Made by a program: the position numbers and the translations under genes | In this document: positions 58,431 through 64,000 of the stretch, in pieces | Numbering within the stretch: the first letter of the stretch is position 1 | Layout: the number at the start of each line of letters is the position of its first letter | Notes under the pieces: model-generated | The model's input: only the letters and a program-made list of their open reading frames with translations | Databases searched by the model: none | Told to the model about the DNA's origin: nothing | NCBI GenBank assembly: GCA_018238545.1 | Contig: JABCTC010000007.1 | Span: 1-64,000, forward strand | From: Candidatus Heimdallarchaeota archaeon | GTDB taxonomy: Archaea; Asgardarchaeota; Heimdallarchaeia; Heimdallarchaeales; Heimdallarchaeaceae | Length of the DNA: 64,000 bases | Reading direction: 5' to 3'

Positions 58431-59078
58431 ATGAGTCATTCTAGAGCTCGTTCAAAAGAGGCTAAGCAAAAACAAACTGAATTGATCATTAACACTGCAA
58501 GGGAATTGTTCTATGAAGCGGGCGCATTTGGTTTCAGTATGCGAATTTTAGCAAAAAGGTTAGATATGTCACAAGGCAATCTTTACAACTATTGGACAAG
58601 CAAAAGAGATCTTTGGTATAATATACTTGAGCAAGATTTTCAAGAATTTGAGGGTCAAATGCTCAAAATAATAAAGACACATAAAGGATCTTATATGTCA
58701 CTTCTGGAGAAATTAGCTGAATACTATTTTATATTTGCCAGAGATGATTATCAAAAATATCAAATGATGTTTGTAACCATTCCGCCACCTGCAGAAAAAA
58801 AAGGAAGAAAAGAGAGAGACTTTGAACCCAAGACCATCCATATTCTAATGGGAATTGTTCAAGAAGCGGTCGAAAGTGGAGAGTTAGAACTAGATAACAT
58901 TCTTCATTTTACACTCTATTTGTGGTCTGTTATACATGGAACTGTTCTGGTTTCCAAATCTATCCTTTTTGATACAAATTCAGAACTCTCAACATTCGGT
59001 GATGCAGATACCTTTCTTACTTATGTTACTACAATACTAAAAAAACAGATAGCTGCTTATTCAAAATTGGACATTTGA
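58431..59078 (+). CDS. TetR/AcrR-family regulator (WHG-like C-domain)
   Basis: IINTARELF...FSMRILAKRLDMSQGNLYNYWTSKRDL; LWSVIHG. Confidence 0.92.
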   Translation: MSHSRARSKEAKQKQTELIINTARELFYEAGAFGFSMRILAKRLDMSQGNLYNYWTSKRDLWYNILEQDFQEFEGQMLKIIKTHKGSYMSLLEKLAEYYFIFARDDYQKYQMMFVTIPPPAEKKGRKERDFEPKTIHILMGIVQEAVESGELELDNILHFTLYLWSVIHGTVLVSKSILFDTNSELSTFGDADTFLTYVTTILKKQIAAYSKLDI

Positions 59079-59103
59079 GAATCTTTCTGAACAAACAAAA
59101 TGC

Positions 59104-59199
59104 CCTGATTTTTTCCATATAAGCCCCAAGTTTATTATTGATCCAACTGTGCCAATCTGCAAGGAAGACAACTGTTTCGAATCCAGCTTTTGCTAAATC
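59104..59199 (-). pseudogene. Fragment of an archaeal-type tyrosyl-tRNA synthetase
   Basis: DLAKAGFETVVFLADWHSWINNKLG..MEKIR matches the TyrRS segment after the HIGH helix; no HIGH or KMSKS nearby. Confidence 0.7.
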
Positions 59200-59524
59200 T
59201 GTATATGTCGTATAAGACGACAATTTTCCATTCTTGAAAATAATCCATTCCAATTATTGGAAAGCATTCTATATAAGTGTGTGTGCGGGGTAGATTAATT
59301 GAGGTTAAGGAAGGAATATAAAGATTAGTCCGTCCATTTATCTTGCAGGAATTTTTTTCCGTCCTTCCAAACCCTCAACATTCACCTTCACTGCTTCTAT
59401 CTTCTATGAAATTTTCAGTTTTTTCTTGTTTTGAGTATTCTATTAATATTACATAGCATTAATAAATAAATTAAGAAGGTTTTACTGGTAAGATATAAGT
59501 TACCTCTTAAACAAAGGTGATAAA

Positions 59525-59704
59525 ATGAGCTACATTGAGAAAGATGATCTAATCTCATACTTGAAGAATAGTGAAGATTCTAAGAAAGAAATTGACATGG
59601 AAGCGGTAGATTTTGTTCTTTTAAAGCTAAATGAGTTAAGACACGAAATTAGCTTGAAATTCTATGAGAAAAAGATTAGCAATTCCAAGAAACGTGGAGC
59701 TTAA
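59525..59704 (+). CDS. Small hypothetical protein, 59 aa (not in ORF track)
   Basis: AGGTGAT SD then ATG; MSYIEKDDLISYLKN...KRGA*. Confidence 0.55.
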   Translation: MSYIEKDDLISYLKNSEDSKKEIDMEAVDFVLLKLNELRHEISLKFYEKKISNSKKRGA

Positions 59705-59772
59705 AATATCTATCTCAGTCCCTTAATGACTCACTATTAAGACTTAAATAAAACTATTTTACAATACTTGCC

Positions 59773-60993
59773 ATGGTTTCATTACTTGATGAAGTAAAAT
59801 ACATATCTGACAATTTTGGTCCTCGAATTGCCGGTTCAGAATCTGATAAGAAAGCAATTGAATATCTTGAAACGCGTTTTCGTTCATTTTCAAATGATGT
59901 AAGCACTGAATCCTTTCCAGTTGTTGGAAGGTCTCTTCAACATTTGATTAATTTTCTAGTGTGGGGATATTTTTTGTCTGTTATCGCCTATGTGTTTCTT
60001 GCATCTATAGCATTGGGATTATCCATATTAATGATTATGATTTACTATTTAGCTCGGTTTCAGGATAAGAACCTTATAAATCTCCTTGTAAAAAAGTCAG
60101 AAACTAAAAATGTAATTGCGAAATTTGACTCAAAGAAAGAGAAAAAACTTACTATCATCTTTTCAGGTCATCATGATTCAGCATTTCACATGCCATTATT
60201 TGAGAAAAAATTGAAGCAAATTACTTTGATACAAAATGGTGCTTTACTTGGAATTATAATGTTAATCATAGCAAGTATCTGGAAAACAATCTATATGGTA
60301 ACAGCTGTCGTAGGAATTTTTGAAATAGTCCAATACAGTATTGGTTCATTGCAAATAACATGGTTATTATTTCCAGATTTGTTTTTCGTTTTAGCCGTTC
60401 TAGGGCTTTTTCTTGGTTTCTATTTTCTAGCAAACATGGTTACAAAGACACCATTAATTGGCGCAAATGATAATCTTACATCAGTAGCAATTTTGCTTGG
60501 TTTGGGAGAATATCTAAAAAACAATCCCTCAAATAATCTGGAGATATATCTTGTTTCTTTTGGTGCAGAAGAACCAGGTCTAAATGGTAGCAAATTCTTT
60601 GTCGATAAAAGGTTGGATGAGCTAGTAGGTTCTATCAACATAAACTTCGAAACTGTTGGAAGTGGTTCATTAGGTGTGATTGCAAAGGAAAAGGACAATA
60701 ACGTTGTCCATGATTCAAAGATTGTAAAATTTATTCAAGATGTGGGTAAGAAAAATGGGTATGATTTACCCGCTATGAAAATTCATTATGGAAACACTGA
60801 CGCTGGAAGTTTTTCAAAAAGAAAATTGATTGCTACTACTATCTTTGGTTATGGAAAAAATGATGTTTTTGATCTTTGGCATTCGACCGATGATGTATAT
60901 GAGAACCTCAATAGCAAGCTTCTAGATGAAGCATTCAATCTTACTATACATGTTCTAAAAGAATTGGAAAAAATTGAAGAGGATTGGTTCTGA
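59773..60993 (+). CDS. Membrane-embedded M28/M20 peptidase
   Basis: GPRIAGS, GHHDS, GANDN, GAEE, TDA, WHS..D; inserted TM helices. Confidence 0.85.
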   Translation: MVSLLDEVKYISDNFGPRIAGSESDKKAIEYLETRFRSFSNDVSTESFPVVGRSLQHLINFLVWGYFLSVIAYVFLASIALGLSILMIMIYYLARFQDKNLINLLVKKSETKNVIAKFDSKKEKKLTIIFSGHHDSAFHMPLFEKKLKQITLIQNGALLGIIMLIIASIWKTIYMVTAVVGIFEIVQYSIGSLQITWLLFPDLFFVLAVLGLFLGFYFLANMVTKTPLIGANDNLTSVAILLGLGEYLKNNPSNNLEIYLVSFGAEEPGLNGSKFFVDKRLDELVGSININFETVGSGSLGVIAKEKDNNVVHDSKIVKFIQDVGKKNGYDLPAMKIHYGNTDAGSFSKRKLIATTIFGYGKNDVFDLWHSTDDVYENLNSKLLDEAFNLTIHVLKELEKIEEDWF

Positions 60994-60995
60994 GA

Positions 60996-62061
60996 TTATT
61001 CAGTTCCTTTTTCACTCTTATTTTTCTTTACTGACTGAGTAATTTTTCTTGCTAAAGCTCTAATACCTTCAACTAGGAAGAATATTCCATATAGATATGC
61101 AAAAAGAATAATTAATTGAGTACCAAGCATACCGCTTGAATACATATCTTCAAACATTTCTCCAAATTTAATCAAAGGTAGAACTGCCAAATATCCAGGA
61201 TTCACTTCATGTTCAATAGGATATGGGGATGGAATCCCATCAAAGATCATTCCTGTTTGTCTTGCTTTTAATTGAGCAAATATAGCTTCTTCAGTAAATT
61301 CTGTGACATTTAGAGTTGACCAAGAATAAACTGGCTCTGGAATGTGCATATCTGTACTAGCAAGCATACCCAGTCCATTATCTAAACAGAAATAGTAAGA
61401 TTCATTATCAAACACTTCTTCGTTTATAACTTCAATATAGTCAATTCCCCAATCAGCTAACTGTTGTCGTGAAGGTTGATTTGAACAATAGTCCTCTGAC
61501 CATGGTATGTGATTAACCATAATAATGCCACCCAATGCCTGAGTTGATGCAATAATTTCTTGAATTTCTTCATCAGTGGGAGTATAACTATACGACTTGA
61601 ATGTTGCCAAAGTCTCATATTGTTCTGCTGTAACTGTAGGTGGGAGTATAACATTCATATGCAAGCGATCAGTTGTCCATTCCATGCCTGTAAGAACTTT
61701 AATCGAGTCATTAAATTCTGTTCTTGCTATCTGTTTTATTTCTTCTATTCCTTCAAATGTATTATGATCTGTTAATACTATCGCATTGAATCCCATAGCC
61801 ATGTGCCAAAGTAGATTTTGTCTAGGAGATAAATCACCATCAGAGTAAAATGTATGAGAGTGAGGATCTAGAATAACATTCCATTCAGAGTGATTGTATT
61901 CTGGAACATAGCTGAAACCCTCCCAATCGGAATCAGTATAGATATAATGAGAAACGGGGTCGTAAATCAAAGGTATAGAGACGCCAATTATAGACCAGAT
62001 TACTAAAGAGAATACAAGAAAATTAACAAAGAGTTTTACTAGTCCCTTATTTTTTTTTCAT
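60996..62061 (-). CDS. Membrane-anchored PHP-domain phosphoesterase; frameshifted in an A9 tract right after the ATG
   Basis: DPHSHT..SDG, TDHN, NH.PW, STDMH; removing one A at 62050-62058 fuses signal anchor MKKNKGLVKLFVNFLVFSL to ORF 60996-61970. Confidence 0.8.
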
Positions 62062-62147
62062 CGGTAAGTGTAGAACATAATAAGTTGCTTTAAAATTCTT
62101 TTGTAATAATATAATTAGAAAAGTCAGGATTAAGGTTGTAAGTAATC

Positions 62148-62549
62148 TCACATGTTTAAATGAGTGACGAAACCATTGCATATAATAGTCCAATTACCAT
62201 AATCACTGAGAATAATGGGGAAAGACAATGTTCCTGAATAAAACGCAGGTAGCAAACATGGATTCATTTCCATATAAATGGAAATTGCTACTCTTCTAAA
62301 ATTTTCATTCATATCAACAGTGTAGCCTTGAATTCTATCGCAACATGTTTGTGAAGACAAAGAGATGTTAACAATACAACAGTAAACAGTATCTGCTCAC
62401 GCAACATGATCATACATAACTACAGAGTCAATGATTACAGAATCAACTTTAGCATGATGAGGAAAGACGTTGGAAATAAGGAACATAACGAGTATAATCA
62501 TAAAAAAAACAGAAACAACAAAAATAGGAATTTTATAGCGTTTTTTCAT
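62148..62549 (-). pseudogene. Small secreted protein interrupted by one in-frame TGA (62397-62399)
   Basis: MKKRYKIPIFVVSVFFMII...DHVA*ADTVYCC...HLNM in one frame. Confidence 0.55.
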
Positions 62550-62605
62550 TGAAATATAATCAAAACTAAAAACTACTTAAAGATTTAGTGCAAATAAAAG
62601 ATAGT

Positions 62606-62731
62606 TGGTAGCGCCTGATGGACTTGAACCATCGATCTTCGGGTTTCCCAATTGTTGGTTTATGAGCCCGACGGGTTTTCCACGCTTAAGGACCATATGG
62701 AATTCCTCCATACGATTTACCCCAAGGCGCT
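62606..62731 (-). tRNA. tRNA-iMet(CAT) with two introns (14/15: 62717-62686; 37/38: 62660-62645) and encoded CCA
   Basis: A1-U72 acceptor AGCGCCT/AGGCGCT, GGG/CCC anticodon stem, CAT, T-arm GATGG-TTCAAGT-CCATC; both introns form BHB-type junctions. Confidence 0.9.
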
Positions 62732-62759
62732 CTTTCTACTCCATCTTTACTTCCATGTC

Positions 62760-62776
62760 TTTTAAACCTTTTTTTC
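62760..62776 (-). promoter_or_regulatory. BRE/TATA promoter of the tRNA-iMet
   Basis: GAAAAAAAGG-TTTAAAA about 29 nt upstream of the mature 5' end. Confidence 0.55.
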
Positions 62777-62814
62777 TGGCATTTATTATCAAAATAGATT
62801 TTCGAACATAGTGC

Positions 62815-64000
62815 TTAATTTGTTTCTATCTTTACTGGTATTCCCTTCTTAGTTATATTTCTAAAGAAAAATCTTTCAACAATTGGATCCTTTATTATTC
62901 TCCCAAAATTAATGTTTAGTTTATCTTTGTAGCTAACCATTGCTGTTCCAACCTTATTTACTGGCACTTGAGCTGGAACAAATTCCACATCCTCTATGTG
63001 CTTTTCAATCTCTTCAGGTAATTTTACACGCCCAAGGTTGGTTAGAATTCCTGTGTATGCTGGTGTGCCGATGTAATAATATCCCCTTTGTCCAAAGAAT
63101 TTCTTTAATGCTAAAGGTGTTAGTCTTAAAAACATTCTACGTTCAATTGTGGTGTTCTTATACATTGTAGAAGTGAATGCCTTAGCATGTACTTCTTTTT
63201 TCATAAAGTGGTGAACCTGTCTGACTATTTCATCAAAGCTATATCGACCTAATCTAGGATCTATTTCAGGTAAAATGTAAAGAGAAAAGTTCCTCATTGT
63301 TTTTGATGGAAATAAATTACGTAAGTTTACTGGTACCATTATCCTGATTGGTTTGAGATTTTTCTTTAATAGACTAGCTGGGAAACTATAAAGCAGTTCC
63401 TGCAAGGATTCCATATAATTTGAAACGATATATTCAGTAATACTTATTCCATAACCCTTTGCTTCTTCTAGCACTTTTTTTATGGGCATTATCCCTTTAG
63501 TTACGTGATAAATCCCCACTTTCTCACGTTTGAAGGGTATGATGAATGCTTTTGACAAAAACTCTCTTCCAGTTTTTACTTTCTGACTGTATCTCCTGTA
63601 TGCATCCTCATACTCTTCTAATATTGGGATTTGATTAGGTCTTAGAATGTCACCCCAGTCCTCAGATTTAACTCCTCTAACGCTTAAATACTCCGCAACT
63701 AAAGCTTTCAAAAATGTTAATCCACCAGTCCCATCAGTTAGACAATGACTATATTCGATTGCTATCCTTCTCTTGTATGCTTTTACTCTGAAAGGAAATT
63801 CGCTCTTATTGGTTATTGGAATAAAATTATTTGGAAACTTTGAATCTGGGTAAATTTTAGGGTAATCTAGATTTGTTTCCCAAAAGTGCCAGAAGAAACT
63901 TGTTTTCATGTTTACTCTGAAGTAAGGAAACCTAACGATTATGTTGTTCAAGGCTTTTTGGAGCTGAGTTATATTGATTGTTTCTTTCATTGTAGCCGAA
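62815..64000 (-). CDS. Condensation-domain / alcohol acyltransferase-like protein (5' end outside window)
   Basis: HCLTDG (HxxxDG), PVNLR, RNF, TNLG. Confidence 0.8.
   Translation of the reverse strand, partial: SATMKETINITQLQKALNNIIVRFPYFRVNMKTSFFWHFWETNLDYPKIYPDSKFPNNFIPITNKSEFPFRVKAYKRRIAIEYSHCLTDGTGGLTFLKALVAEYLSVRGVKSEDWGDILRPNQIPILEEYEDAYRRYSQKVKTGREFLSKAFIIPFKREKVGIYHVTKGIMPIKKVLEEAKGYGISITEYIVSNYMESLQELLYSFPASLLKKNLKPIRIMVPVNLRNLFPSKTMRNFSLYILPEIDPRLGRYSFDEIVRQVHHFMKKEVHAKAFTSTMYKNTTIERRMFLRLTPLALKKFFGQRGYYYIGTPAYTGILTNLGRVKLPEEIEKHIEDVEFVPAQVPVNKVGTAMVSYKDKLNINFGRIIKDPIVERFFFRNITKKGIPVKIETN

Noticed and set aside
59283-59392. Cobalamin riboswitch (given nearby eutA)
   Set aside because: Only loose resemblance; the conserved core elements are not in the right order and no B12 gene follows.
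62605-62811. 68-aa plus-strand ORF
   Set aside because: It is the antisense of the tRNA-iMet gene.
8111-63170. Many short ORFs antisense to or nested within long genes (e.g. 8111-8467, 18767-19099, 33420-33848)
   Set aside because: Shadow frames of well-supported genes with no motifs of their own.

Overview
AT-rich archaeal chromosome segment, most consistent with an Asgard archaeon (Heimdallarchaeia-like). It carries archaeal core genes (eS1, uS15, eS6, eL15, eL43, TFB, Rpp30/Pop5, IleRS, ABCE1, exosome Rrp4/41/42, SBDS, Brix, two Pcc1-family paralogues, RFC-L) and eukaryote-signature proteins (UEV-Vps23/TSG101-like, WD40, a RING-fused Dna2-like helicase-nuclease). The first 5 kb is an accessory patch: the 3' end of a TnpB whose RuvC-III Asp is His, followed by an omega-RNA-like pseudoknot that abuts a diverged copy of the neighbouring amidohydrolase gene. 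Inside this split duplicate sit a subtilase with a Cys nucleophile (GTCNAVA, matching the engineered subtiligase S221C/P225A pair) and a beta-helix surface protein. Features absent from the ORF track: a 57-aa ferredoxin, a C/D-box sRNA, a tRNA-iMet with two BHB-type introns (14/15 and 37/38), structured leaders upstream of ileS and rpl15e, TetR operators and a poly-A frameshift; one short track ORF proves to be a TyrRS remnant. No CRISPR array or rRNA was seen. All family calls come from motif recognition by eye; no searches were run.
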